Positions 13,091 to 25,527 of a stretch of DNA of 64,000 nucleotides are shown piece after piece. The position numbers and the translations under genes are program-made. Each line of letters opens with the position of its first letter. Position 1 is the first letter of the stretch. The stretch comes from Octopus sinensis (Eukaryota). The stretch covers positions 55,056,001-55,120,000 of the forward strand of contig NC_043005.1 of NCBI RefSeq assembly GCF_006345805.1. Direction: 5' to 3'. The notes under the pieces are model-generated. The model ran no database searches. It had not been told where the DNA came from and worked only from the letters and a program-made list of their open reading frames with translations.

Positions 13091-13694
13091 CTTGAGAAAA
13101 GGAAAAAAAAAAAAAAGAAGAAAATATCTGGTATTATATCCACTTACAACCTTTCTAATAGTTTTACTCCACCATTTTTACAAAAATTATAGTAATAAGA
13201 TTTAGATAAGAAAATATAGCCATCTTCAATGAAATTAAAACAAACAAAATTTACTGTAAATCCTTGTTTTTTTTCTTTTTTCTTTTTTTTTTCTATCTCT
13301 CTCTCTTAAAGTTGTAAAGTTTGGCCTTGCAACCACATCCTTTCATTGTAAGCATATTTCCCCAGATACCCAACATAAGACGATAGTGTTTCTGAACTAA
13401 AAAAAAAAAAAAAAAAAAAATTACTTTTTTTTTTTTTTCAATTGCTTTTAATGAAAGATATCATTAGTTTTCAGCTGCTTGTCAAACAGATATTCCTCTG
13501 TACTGTACCTTTTTCTTTCTTTCTGTCTTTCTTTTTTTTTTTTTTGGCTTATTTGTTGTTGTTGTTGTTTCTTGTTGCTGTTGCAGTTGTTGTTGTGCAT
13601 ATCTGTTAGTCATCCAAGTTAGCTTGGCTGTTGCTGGTGTTAAATAAAGAAAGTGGTTATTATTATTTTTTTCTTCTTTTTTTCTTGTTCTTAC

Positions 13695-13815
13695 CTGTGT
13701 TCTCTTAGTGAAACCTATGCAATATTGACTGTGAACATAGGAATTCATCGTATTTCTTCCAGTATGTTATCTTACATAGATTGCGGAGCATCGAAACATA
13801 TAAATATAAAATCCA
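13695..13815 (-). other. Putative 121-nt exon of a minus-strand transcript (copy 2)
   Basis: Same sequence and splice signals as 12970-13090. Confidence 0.5.
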
Positions 13816-14472
13816 CTTGAGAAAAGGAAAAAAAAAAAAAAGAAGAAAATATCTGGTATTATATCCACTTACAACCTTTCTAATAGTTTTACTCCACCAT
13901 TTTTACAAAAATTATAGTAATAAGATTTAGATAAGAAAATATAGCCATCTTCAATGAAATTAAAACAAACAAAATTTACTGTAAATCCTTGTTTTTTTTC
14001 TTTTTTCTTTTTTTTTTCTATCTCTCTCTCTTAAAGTTGTAAAGTTTGGCCTTGCAACCACATCCTTTCATTGTAAGCATATTTCCCCAGATACCCAACA
14101 TAAGACGATAGTGTTTCTGAACTAAAAAAAAAAAAAAAAAAAAAATTACTTTTTTTTTTTTTTCAATTGCTTTTAATGAAAGATATCATTAGTTTTCAGC
14201 TGCTTGTCAAACAGATATTCCTCTGTACTGTACCTTTTTCTTTCTTTCTGTCTTTCTTTTTTTTTTTTTTGGCTTATTTGTTGTTGTTGTTGTTTCTTGT
14301 TGCTGTTGCAGTTGTTGTTGTGCATATCTGTTAGTCATCCAAGTTAGCTTGGCTGTTGCTGGTGTTAAATAAAGAAAGTGGTTATTATTATTTTTTTCTT
14401 CTTTTTTTTTTTTTCTTTGTCAGTGGACTTTTTGCAAATGTATTATGGTATGAATTGAGGGAGGTACCTTAC

Positions 14473-14620
14473 TGGCGGCATCTCTTGCGTCTGCTGTCCT
14501 TCGTCGCTCCTCCTTCTCCACCTCCTTGTTTCTCTCCTCCGCAGGATTTTTCCGCTCCCCCTTCCTGTATTATTCAATAGCGCACACATAGGCTGGTCTC
14601 TCCTCTCCTGTGGTAACAAC
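14473..14620 (-). other. Putative first exon of a minus-strand transcript (5' limit uncertain)
   Basis: Purine-rich leader, then gcaagagATGCCGCCA|GTAAGG (ATG at 14481-14479). An alternative donor AAG|GTACCT lies 5 nt further downstream. The exon is inside the CpG-rich segment. Confidence 0.45.
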
Positions 14621-14899
14621 AGTTGGCCAGCCACTAAAACGATGTAGCTCGTTCCTTTACAAGATATTCCCGTATAATGTAGTCGGTTAGCAGTGAGGTG
14701 TTTCTTCTTATTACGACTGTCAGATTCTATCCAATCTAAAAACGACAACTATTTTCAGCAACTAATCTTGCTGCTGTTACAACCGTCTATTGTCAGACCG
14801 GTTTCTCCATATTATATTATATTATATTATATTATTTGTATGTAACTCGGTCCGCAATCTCTTTCCTACTGTTTTTGTGCGCACCACCAGACTTCTACT

Positions 14900-15184
14900 A
14901 CTTCTCACACACTCCCAGATATTTCCCCTCCCTCCAAATAGGGAGTCATGGGAAGAGCTTATTGGCTCCACTTAGTGTTGTTGGACTCATCTTTGGTTCA
15001 CCTGCTGCTGCTGCTGCTGCTGTTGTTGTTAGTATTCACTAGGACTGTAACACCGTACTCCACCCCTGCTATCTCTAGCCATGTCTGAAGAGTGTATTTG
15101 AAAATCATTCTGTGCCTGGTGACCGGCAGGTAGGCAGGTGATGGTGCCTCTTAGTTCCAGATGTTGACCACGGTGCCGAGTGAG
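14900..15184 (+). other. Putative first (leader) exon of a long plus-strand gene (5' limit uncertain)
   Basis: Ends in a consensus donor GAG|GTAAGT. GC-rich, with a (CTG)n tract and ATGs at 14948, 15081, 15141 and 15161. Confidence 0.6.
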
Positions 15185-15577
15185 GTAAGTTTTCGAGGAA
15201 ACTCCCTTGTTACGATCAAACACACACACACACAAATACATTCACAGAATCCCTATAATGTACGCGTGCACTCTCAGATATATATATATATGTACACATA
15301 ATATATACTCACGGGATTGCTAGCTAATACGGTCTTTCATTCATACGGCGTCTGGTTCTCTGAACATCGTTCATATTTCATAGACGCCTCGTTTGTAAGA
15401 TTTGTACAAAATACATGTATAATGCATACACTCATTTTCGCTATCATATATAGATATTCGATTTTACAGCATTACAAATTTTTTTAGGATTATTGATGGT
15501 CTGTTTCAAGTGATGGAAAGAAAAAGAAAAGTGTCTTTACGCTGCTTTATTTCCAACTTAGTATGATCATTGTAATA

Positions 15578-15638
15578 TCTATCTTTCTATCTATCTATCT
15601 ATCTGTCTATCTATCTATCTATCTATCTATCTATATGT

Positions 15639-15670
<32 letters not shown>

Positions 15671-15674
15671 ATGT

Positions 15675-15706
<32 letters not shown>

Positions 15707-15741
15707 ATGTTTATCTATCTATCTATCTATCTGTCTATCTA

Positions 15742-15772
<31 letters not shown>
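15578..15772. repeat. (TATC)n microsatellite with a 36-bp higher-order unit
   Basis: The tatgtt interruption recurs three times at 36-bp spacing. Confidence 0.92.
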
Positions 15773-16339
15773 CATTACCTCCGATCAGATATAAATGTAT
15801 GTATGTGTTTAATCAAACTAATGCCAGTTACGTTTCTATATCACATTAGATCTCTGAATAAAAGAATCCAATTTGCTTTATTTTTTAAATTTATTTATTT
15901 ATTTATTCATTTATTTTAAGTACTATCTTAGCTCTCGTCGTCGGGCATTTTCAGATTTTTATAGTACCAGCTTCGTTCGACAGATAAAAGAAGCCAATGT
16001 CAAGATATTATACCCGAAATAACCATCTATGAATTAAATAAGTGAATGCTTTGAATGTATGTAATATAATTTTAGCGGATCGTGTAATTGTGCTGACGGC
16101 TGTCGTCGTTATCGGAGGGTTATCTCCCTTACTTAAAAGGCAGGTCGACATGGAAGCTTGCGAGCATAAATCATACAGAATTATTATTATTACACTTCAA
16201 TAAAACTTGCTGGAGAGATTTTTTTTTTATATCATATATCTATCTTCCATGTAGACATTCTGCTGTACATATTGATTTATATTTTTTTTCACTAGCGTTT
16301 CAGCATTCTACGTCTTATTATTTTTTTTCACTTTGACAG

Positions 16340-16390
16340 GTTCACATCAATGTATCTATTCTTAGTTACCTTTATAATACACACACACAG
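16340..16390 (+). other. Putative 51-nt cassette exon
   Basis: ttttttttcactttgacag| acceptor and cag|gtaatt donor; open in phase 0 (VHINVSILSYLYNTHTQ). Confidence 0.35.
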
Positions 16391-17096
16391 GTAATTTCTA
16401 TCGGTGGGTGGTGGTCATGTTATTTCGTTTCTTCTTTCTCCTCATCGACAGAGCAGTGGCAGTTATTGAACTGTCATTATAAGTTTGCTTTCTTTCTTTC
16501 TTTTTTTCTTCCTTTCTGCGCATTTATTTTATACGCTTTTTTTTCCTTCTTTCTCTTCGTTTTGTTCTCGTTGTTCCTTCATCATTTAGTTAGGCGTTCA
16601 CTTTCAATTTTCATTACAAAGTGAGCTGCACATGTTCAACTTGGGATCTAACCTTGTTTTCTTCGTTTTACGTCGTCGTATTCGTCCCCGTTGGACATTC
16701 CATCAGACACTATCTCATTAATAAAAACAGAAAAATTCATGGACATACATACACACACGCGCGTGCATATATACATACATATACATATATATATGTGAGT
16801 CTGTGTTTGTTAGACGAACATATAATAATACTATTGTGACTTACGTCTTATTGATTTAGCTCGTCTTTTATTTAGGAATCTGCATGTAATCTGCTAACTG
16901 ATTAAATTGTTAGGTTACGTTCATGACAGTTGATTGCAATACGTGTGTACCTGTAGGTGCGTGCGTAGAGGAAGACACAGACAGAATGAAAGAAAGAAAA
17001 AGAAAAGGTGGGTGGTGGGGGCGGGAGTTTGATTAGCGTCGATGATGATTTCTCTTTGAATTCTTCTACGTGAAGTCAGTCAATTAGTCTTTTACC

Positions 17097-17133
<37 letters not shown>

Positions 17134-18799
17134 GATAGTGATTCCATTCCATTATCGTCTCGGCTTTATCAATGTATATAGACTACGCACACACGTACAT
17201 GGGTCTCTCTCTCTGTTCGATAACCGATCGAGTGAAAGAATTCCAACTTTTTTTTTTTTAATGCATGTGTGTGTGTGTTAGATTTATGAATTTCTCGTCG
17301 GGAAAAACGAATAAACATAACCTTTAATGAATGTAGTTAGATTTTTCGTTTTGTTTTTCCCACCCCACTAAGGTAAAAGAAATATATCCAAACATGTAAA
17401 AGACTTTAGTCATTTAATTAGAAACTACTACTTGGTGTTTCTTTGAACTATTTTCAATAGTCTTTTTTTTTCTCTTTGAAATGTTATCATTCACACATTT
17501 CTACTTTAAAACACTTATTTGATTAGACAAATCACAATATTATAGACATTTAAAAAAAATCATTTCTAGTAGCGTTGTTACGTTGATTTCCAACTTTGCA
17601 TTCTTTTCTTCAAATCTTATAGTCATTTATATAAGTTGAGGAGTTTTGCAATGGAATAATTTAGTATTTGTTGTAAAAAAGTTATTAGATAACAAAGAAA
17701 TAAGAATGTGTGCGTCATGTATTTCATTTTAACTTATTCATCATGTTACTCGAAACTAAAATTGGAAGAAAAAAAAAGAAAAAGAAATTGTGACGGAAAA
17801 AATAATAAATCTTTTAACTTGATCAAATGGTAAAAATATTCATAGAAATATCTGTGCTTGGGATCCAGTTTCATTTTTATTTCTATGATATTTGATTTAA
17901 AATAATTTAAATTAATTGCAGCAACTTTAATAATTTTGCATGTTTTATGAAAGAAATATTTTAATTCCTTGATATTAAGATTTAAAAAAATTTTTAAATA
18001 CTTCTGGAATTACATATTTTTTTATCTTTCAACTAATTAGCAAACTTTTATATATAACCATGTAACTGCAGATCTTTTAAGCTTTAATCTATTTAGAATC
18101 TTTGCAAAAGTATCTATGGACATAAATTCTATCTTTTTCTATAAAATTTAATTTGCTGTAACTATTTTTTAAATTGATATTAAATTAACTTGAACTAAAA
18201 ATATCAGTTTAATGGCTTCAATAATAATTTCTTTAGTTCAGGTTTATTCTTCCAGAGTTGTGACTTAAATGAAACAATATTGAAAATGTTTAATGGGAGA
18301 CGCCAATACTAAAAGCCACATGTTTCTAACTTCAATAGAAGCTATCAATTCTACGCACCACTACCTATGTCTATGTAACTAAGAGATAAAACACAGTTGA
18401 TTGACTGCTTATCAAGGTGATAAGATGATAATCCAAAACCGGAGATACATGTCATTATGTAGAATCAAATGAATTTTTGAAATGAATGACTTCAGGTGAA
18501 ATTCAGTGACATTCTTATCTTTCTCCGATTTCTTTCAAACACTGCATTTATGGGGCTTTCTTTGTGTTTCATTAGACATTAGGTGTTTTATTTTTATCCT
18601 TTTCATAAATTCTTTTTAAGTAATTCAATTTTGGATATGTCCCAGGTTTTATATTGCTTAGACTAAAGTAGTGATACATGTTGGTAGAATGTTTCTGAAT
18701 CTTTGAAATAGTACTAACTACTTAAACATAGGCTCTTTATTGTGATTATTGTTTTTGCAACTTATGCATAACTTTTATAGTTCTGTATTAAATTGTTTC

Positions 18800-18888
18800 T
18801 CAATTCTCATTGATATATACCTTTTCTTGTATTTCTAGGTAAGCACTGTTTTTCTATAACAATAAAAGCAAAAGCCAAGTGAGTAAGT
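18800..18888 (+). other. Candidate recursive splice site 1 with RS-exon
   Basis: ccttttcttgtatttcTAG|GTAAGC at 18838/18839; downstream overlapping donors GTGAGTAAGT at 18879 and 18883. Confidence 0.55.
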
Positions 18889-20519
18889 TACACCATGAAA
18901 ATTTTTTTATATATATATATATATAAATATTAACAATTTTTCTATTTTTCAACTTCGAAATGAGGGTTGAAATAAAACTGAAAAAAGAATATACTTCAAA
19001 CCTGAATTGCCTATACTTTGTACAACGAATACAGGAAAGTACATTTACTTTCACTTTAGTATTGGTTAGAGTATTTCCCTAAATATTTTGGAAAAGTTAA
19101 AGAAATGTTCAGAAGTATTTCTGCAATTTGATATTCTGTATTACTAGCATATCAAACTATGAATCTGCAGTTTCCTTCATTTCTGTTAGAATCTGTTAGT
19201 AAAAGGAATGAATTTAGTGTCAAACTCATACATTTTTTTCAAAGTAGATTTATTTAAACAGTTACAAAATATTCAATTCTCATAAAAAAGATTATAATAA
19301 ATGTTAATATTAATAATAGCTTTATGTTAACTAAGAGCACTTTTCCCCTATTCCTTGAAAAACAATTTTATTGTAGTAAGAAATTCTAAAATTAAAATTA
19401 ATTTTTTCATAAAACATTTTTTTAAAGTTCTGAGTTTCAGATTTCAAGCTTTTGATTATTGTTTTTCTTTTTTTTTCCAAAAGTTCTTTTGATTAGTTTT
19501 CTTTGAACTCGTATTTCAAATGTCAATTTTATTTATTTCTTAATTTTATACTTTCCATTTGGAAATTTAAATCGAGAAGCATTGTTTCCTCGCTAGTTGT
19601 TCTTACTCATCTATCGCTCACTTGAAAAAATTGCTCTAGGTCATACTTGAGAGATAAGAAAATTTTGAAATGTTCCACTTAAATATAAATATGTGTTTCT
19701 GGAGAACGTTGGTTTCATTTTCTACTCATGGAAAAAAAAAAGAAGAAAAAAAAGGAAAAAAAAAGATAAAAAGAAAGAAGAAAATGAGAGAAAATGTTGG
19801 CTCTTAACATTCCCTTATGTTTTCAAGTTAGCTTAAGAGGTTTTGCAAGAATATGTGTAATTCTGTGTTTTAACAAAAGCAACAAGTGTTGTATGCTGAG
19901 ACTTTCTGTTCCCCATATTAATAGGAATTGTTTTCTTCTCTTTTTTAAAGTCTAAAACGGTTTAAATAAATCTGTACATTTATGCATTAACATTTAACGT
20001 AAGGTTACTTGTTTTTCTTTCTCAACTCATTGAATATTTCTTACTCCATCTATTTTCTCCTCTTTTTTTATTTTATCTATAAAATATCTATATTCAATAC
20101 AAAGATTCCCGTTTGCTACATTATCTTAAGCATTTCATTCGACTCTTTTGTGTTCCTATAAATTTTATGCTAACTTTAAAATGGGAATTATAAAGAATTC
20201 CACCAGAACCTAATGTTGCTAACTTCTATTGTTTTGCAACAAATCTTATTTGTACTTTTTCAAAAAATAAGTATACAGTTAAGTTTAGTTTTCAATCGGT
20301 TTTGTTTTAATTTATATATGTTTTTAATAATGTTGGGTGAGGTATAAATATCACACTCTCTGATTCACCTTTTTCTATGAAATTAAAATTTTATAAATGT
20401 TTAAAGAAATCCTCATTATTATGAAATTACTCACTTTGAGGGCTTATTTCCTTAGGAGTTTGTTGATTTGTAGAGATGTTGCTATTAAATTAGAAGCAAT
20501 TATTATTATTACTATTATT

Positions 20520-22335
20520 ATAAATGTGGTGAGCTGGCAGAATTGTTAGCACGCCAGGCAAAATGCTTAGTATTTTACATTTCTTTATATTCTGAGTTCA
20601 AATTCTGCCAAGGTTGACTTAGCCTTTCATCCTTCTTGGGTTGATAAATTAAGTACCTGTCAAGTACTGGGGTCCATGCGATTGACTTACTCCCACCCAG
20701 CAAATTTCAGGTCTTTTGCCTATAGTAGGAAGGGTTATTATTGTTATTAAGTATTATCATTATTCTTGTTAAGGCAGCAAGCTGGCAGAATTGGTAACAC
20801 ACGAGGTAAAATGCTTAAGTGGCATTTCATCTGGCTTTGCATTCTGAGTTCAAATTCTGTTGAGGTCAACTTTACCTTTCATCATTTTGGGCTCGATAAA
20901 ATAAATACCAGTTGTTGTAATCTACTAATCCCCTCTTCAAAATTACTGGCCTTATGCCAAAATTTGAAACCATTATTGTTATCATTATTAAGGTGGTGAC
21001 TTGGCAGAATTGTTTGTGGAATTTTTTTTCTGGCTCTTTACCTTCTGAGTTCAAATCTTACTAAGGTCGACTTTGCCTTTCGTTTTTCACTTTCGATAAA
21101 ATAACCACCAGCCACATACTGGAGTTGATTTCATCAACTAATTCTCCACTTCTTTAAAACTGCTGCCTTGTACCGAAATTCGAAAGAATTATTTATTATA
21201 AAGGCAGTGTGTGCTGGCAGAATTGTTAGCATGTCTGACAAAACGCTTAGCAGCATCTGTTTCGATCCTTTATGTTCCAAGTTCATTCTTTCGGGCTTAA
21301 GTACTCGGGTTGATGTAACCAACTCGATATCTTCCTTCAACATTACTGGCTGTGTACTGAAATTAGGAAGAATTATCGTTATTATGATTGATTAAGGCAA
21401 CTAACTGGCAGAATCGTTAGCATGCTGGGCAAAATGCCCAGTGACATTTCTTCTTGCTTTGCATTCTGAGTTCAAATTGCACTGCTTTCAATTTTACCTG
21501 TAACCTTTTCTGGGTCAATAAGTACCAGTTGAGCACTGGAGTTGATATAATTAACTAGACCCTTCCCCAACTTAATTTCAGGCCTTGTGCCTAGAGTAGA
21601 AAGAATTATTATTATTATTTCTATGGCAGTGAACTACTTGTAGAATCTTTCAGCATGGTAAAAGTGCTCCTGTAGCCCTTGATACTGCTGGCTTTGTGCT
21701 TCAATTGGAAACCATTATTATTATTAAGACGGCAAGCTGGCTGAATAATTAGCATGTCCATCTTTATGTTCTGAATTCAAATTCTGCCGAGGTCAAATAT
21801 AGAATTATATCAACTTTGCTTTTCATCCTTTTGGGAACAATTAAATAAATACAGGTTACACACTGGGATCAATGTAATCAACTTAATCCCTTCTTTCTAA
21901 TTTGAGGCCTTGTGCTTCCAGTAAAAAAGAATTAATTACTATTATTATTATTAAGATGGCAAGTTGGCCGAATCATTAGCATATCTGTTCTGAATTCAAA
22001 TTCCGCTGAGGTCGACTTTGCTTTTCCTCCTTTTGGGGTTGATAAAGTAAGTACCAGTGAAACACTGGGGTTGATGTAATTGACTAGTCCCCTCCCCAAA
22101 ATTCTCAGGCCTTTAGTAGAAAGGAATATTATTATTTGAAGTAGGAGACTAGTAGAATTGGAGTGTTGCAAAAAAAGCCACTTGGTTTTCTGATTTCAAA
22201 TTCTGCCAAAGTCATCTTTGCCTTCCTTCATTTTGGCATTGGTAAAATAAAGTATGATACAAGTACTGGCATTGACTAACCCCACCTTCCAAAAATTGCT
22301 GGCCTTGTGCTTAAATTAGAAACGATTATTATTAT
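20520..22335 (+). mobile_element. Head-to-tail array of ~9 family A SINE copies
   Basis: Units start near 20524, 20770, 20990, 21200, 21393, 21623 (partial), 21725, 21950 and 22138. All have the same orientation and most are separated by ATT-rich tails. Confidence 0.88.
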
Positions 22336-22861
22336 TATTACATTTCTATATTTCATTTGAAGTACTTTATAGGGATGTTACTTAATTTAGTACACATTAC
22401 TAGACTTCCAGGAGAAGAATGGTTTGAAATCTTGATGCAATTAAAAAAGACAATAACTTTCGATTGTTGCCGTACACAGCCTATGGTCAGTTACTTTAAA
22501 ATGGCAATATTTATTGAACTTAGAAAATTCATACCTTATGGACATAAATACTAGCATGTCTATTAAAAAAATTGTCTGATCTTTAATGGTTAACAACAGG
22601 TGCTGCTGCTGCTGTTGTACATGCAGAAAAGCACAATCAAGGATATCTAAGAGAAAAAGACACACATGCATCGCCACTTGGAATGGATTCTTAGAAAACA
22701 ACCTCATTAAATACTGTAAATGACATGTTTGTTGCTGATCCTCTTTTACTGTAACTCTAATCTCTTTATTAATCCATGGCTTCTGTGAAGCCAGAAGAAC
22801 TGGGATCGCTAAGTTTTCTCTTTTTTAACAATCCCCATGGAAGCAAAGCTGTTATCTTTAA

Positions 22862-23069
22862 CCCTTTAACATTCAGATTACTCAGTCAAAAGTAATCCCT
22901 ATTTATTCACATTGAATTGAATTAACCATGAAGTATTTCATAGCTTTGAAATTTCCTTTGATGTTATTGTATATTTTGAGAATAACATTGTCGGGTAGGT
23001 GTAACAGGCCTGGTCTGGCCTCTGTGAACATAAAACTTGCAGAATAATTTTGCCGGATATGCTAAAGGG
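22862..23069 (+). mobile_element. piggyBac-type MITE, family 2
   Basis: TTAA at 22858-22861 and 23070-23073; TIR ccctttaacat/atgctaaaggg; interior unlike family 1. Confidence 0.85.
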
Positions 23070-24444
23070 TTAAAAGAAAGCTTTCCATTATATATCCAAT
23101 GTATGCTACACTCACAAGCTTTGTACACATGAAGCCACAACACATATCTATTATATCCAGCATAAACCACACACTCACAAGTTTTATTATCATACAGCCA
23201 CAATAGTTCCCTTTAGTCCTGCACGTAGTTTATGAATAGAAACCTCTAAAAGCATCCTGCAGGAGGAACCTGCCAACCTAGAATCACGCTGCAGAATCAG
23301 TCAAAACACTGTTTCTCCATACTTCGAGGAAACCAACCCCAAAATACTGCTTCCTCTACGTACAGATAACACTCTTGACAAAACAATAGTCCTTATAAAC
23401 TCTCCCTTTTGGCCCCCCCACTACATTCTTCACATAGCAAAGACTACATCACAAAAAGGAGCTGGATTTCCTCTTTATAAACCATAACTATTTCAGAGTT
23501 TCACAATTATGTATCCCTTATGAATCCTAAATATGCTTTACTCTAAAATAATGCCCACACATAAGGAGCTACTACACACACACACACACACATATTTGTA
23601 CATGTACGTAGTTATTTTCATATTTACACTTCAGCCTGTGTATTGAAGTAGTTCTCTCATCCCAAATGCATTCTCTTATTTTAATGTTGGAAACCACTTA
23701 TTTCTTTTTATGGTGATGTTCACAAAGGATCTTGCTGCATTTGTTGTCTGTTGAAATGCCATTCTGAATGTCTAATGTGTAGATTCAAACTTTCTCCATC
23801 TCTCTCTGCTATAGTGGCATGGTTTTTCTCTGTGTGTTGTAGCTTGCGAGAAGTTCAGATTGCTTATCGGCTGGGGAGAGGTCGTCATTTCCCACTACCA
23901 AGTTGCCGATCTAATCCAGCTAATGAAACAGTACTGAATCCTTACCACTATCATCCTATCTATTTCCTTAGGCTAAAATGGGACAGAGTTTTTGCCATCT
24001 ATTTGCCCATCTGGAGTGACCTCCAGTACTTTTAGCCCACTTATTAGCTCATTTCTAAAACCACTTGAAGTATGTTATCTGTCAACTACCATACACTGCT
24101 TATTTGCGTTACTTCCTTATCCATTCATTGCAGTCGTCTTTGTGAACTCTATCAACCAAATGTTTTCAATACCTGCAGACTTTTTCATGATAACATATGA
24201 AATGTCATCTAATAACACATTGGCCCTTTTCTTTCTTTTTCCTTTAAACCATTTTAAAATCTTTTTCCCATGTTAGTACCGCTAGGAGGATTTTATTTTT
24301 GTTTGTTTTTTGGAAATATATATATATATATATATATATACAACCTTCGCATACTTTAAATTAATTGCTTTTACACCTGAATAACTTTGCTGCTGCTAAT
24401 ACCTCAACCATGAAGTAGGATTAGATAATGATTAACAGCTTAAC

Positions 24445-24535
24445 AGACAAGCAGACTTATGACCCTTGCTCAAAGGCACTTGCAGTGACTAAGATTTGAA
24501 CTCATGACCCTGTAATCAGTGGCTCTGTACATACT
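24445..24535 (-). mobile_element. Degenerate SINE head fragment
   Basis: Reverse complement has B-box-like gagttcaaatc followed by a CORE-like cctttgagcaag motif. Confidence 0.5.
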
Positions 24536-25527
24536 GAAAATGAGAATCGTTATAGATTGCTTATATAAATAGTAGTAAATGTAGTTGTTTGGTTTTTTTA
24601 TTTTTATATCAGTGAGGAATGAATAAAATACAAGAATGTTGCCAGTATGTCCTAGTTTAATTCTGTAATTTTCACCTTTCCCAATTATCTAAAAAGCGTT
24701 TATTTCATAAAATGTCTTTTTTGTCATGTTTAGTGTTTAATCTGATACACTTTAAAAAAATTTTCTAACCTATTTTGGCGATCTTAATTCTATTTATTAC
24801 CAACTAATTTTAATTTTATTCTATCTTACCACTTCATTTAATGCAAAATCATGCTTCTAACATAATTTCATTTCGGTTTTTTTCTTTCTTTTTGTAATTC
24901 TGTTTGTTTATTATTCATTATCATTTTTTTTTTTTTCTAATTTTTCATACACGATAAAACTTTTTGTTTGCATTAGGTTTTCTTAGCATCAAAGTATTTC
25001 TCTATGAGTATGTGGACTTCTGAGTTTTTTTTAATTATCACAGAAATAAATGAGAGGGGAGGGAGGCAGAGAGAAAGAGATTAGTGGCTAATTTGCCACA
25101 TGACTGCGTTAACCAAGTAGACCTACAACCATCAAAGATATACCAGTCATAACCATCCCCGCATTTTTTTCTTTTTTTTTGTTAGATGTCTAGGTGTATC
25201 TTCAAATACATTATCTAATGTATATTTCGCTTTCTCTAGATGTTAGGAAGCTATTTGGAAGTGATTTGCCTTGCTATTTCTTGCACGCCAAGCATATTTT
25301 GTATATGAGGTGACAAGGCATAATGAATATATACAAGTGTGTTGAGAACCAGTGTACAGAATAAGATGTGTGTGTGTGATAAACTTTAAAACTATTTTTC
25401 ATCGAGACACACGGCATTTTCAGATAATGTGGTACCTCATACAATTGATTCTTTACTGAATATATAACCCTCATATGAGCAACATAAGTCTCTTTATCAT
25501 GTTGGTTAAATAATCCCATCACTTTAA

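Larger units (their letters stand above)
12955..14404. repeat. Apparently identical 725-bp tandem duplication
   Basis: Landmarks are offset by exactly 725 bp (12961/13686, 13091/13816, 13621/14346). The A22 and T14 homopolymers have the same length in both copies. Confidence 0.95.
14440..17330. promoter_or_regulatory. CpG-rich island-like region, probable bidirectional promoter plus start of first intron
   Basis: CG dinucleotides are visibly frequent here and scarce in the unique sequence on both sides (judged by eye, not counted). Divergent 5' splice sites lie at 14472 (-) and 15185 (+). Confidence 0.6.
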
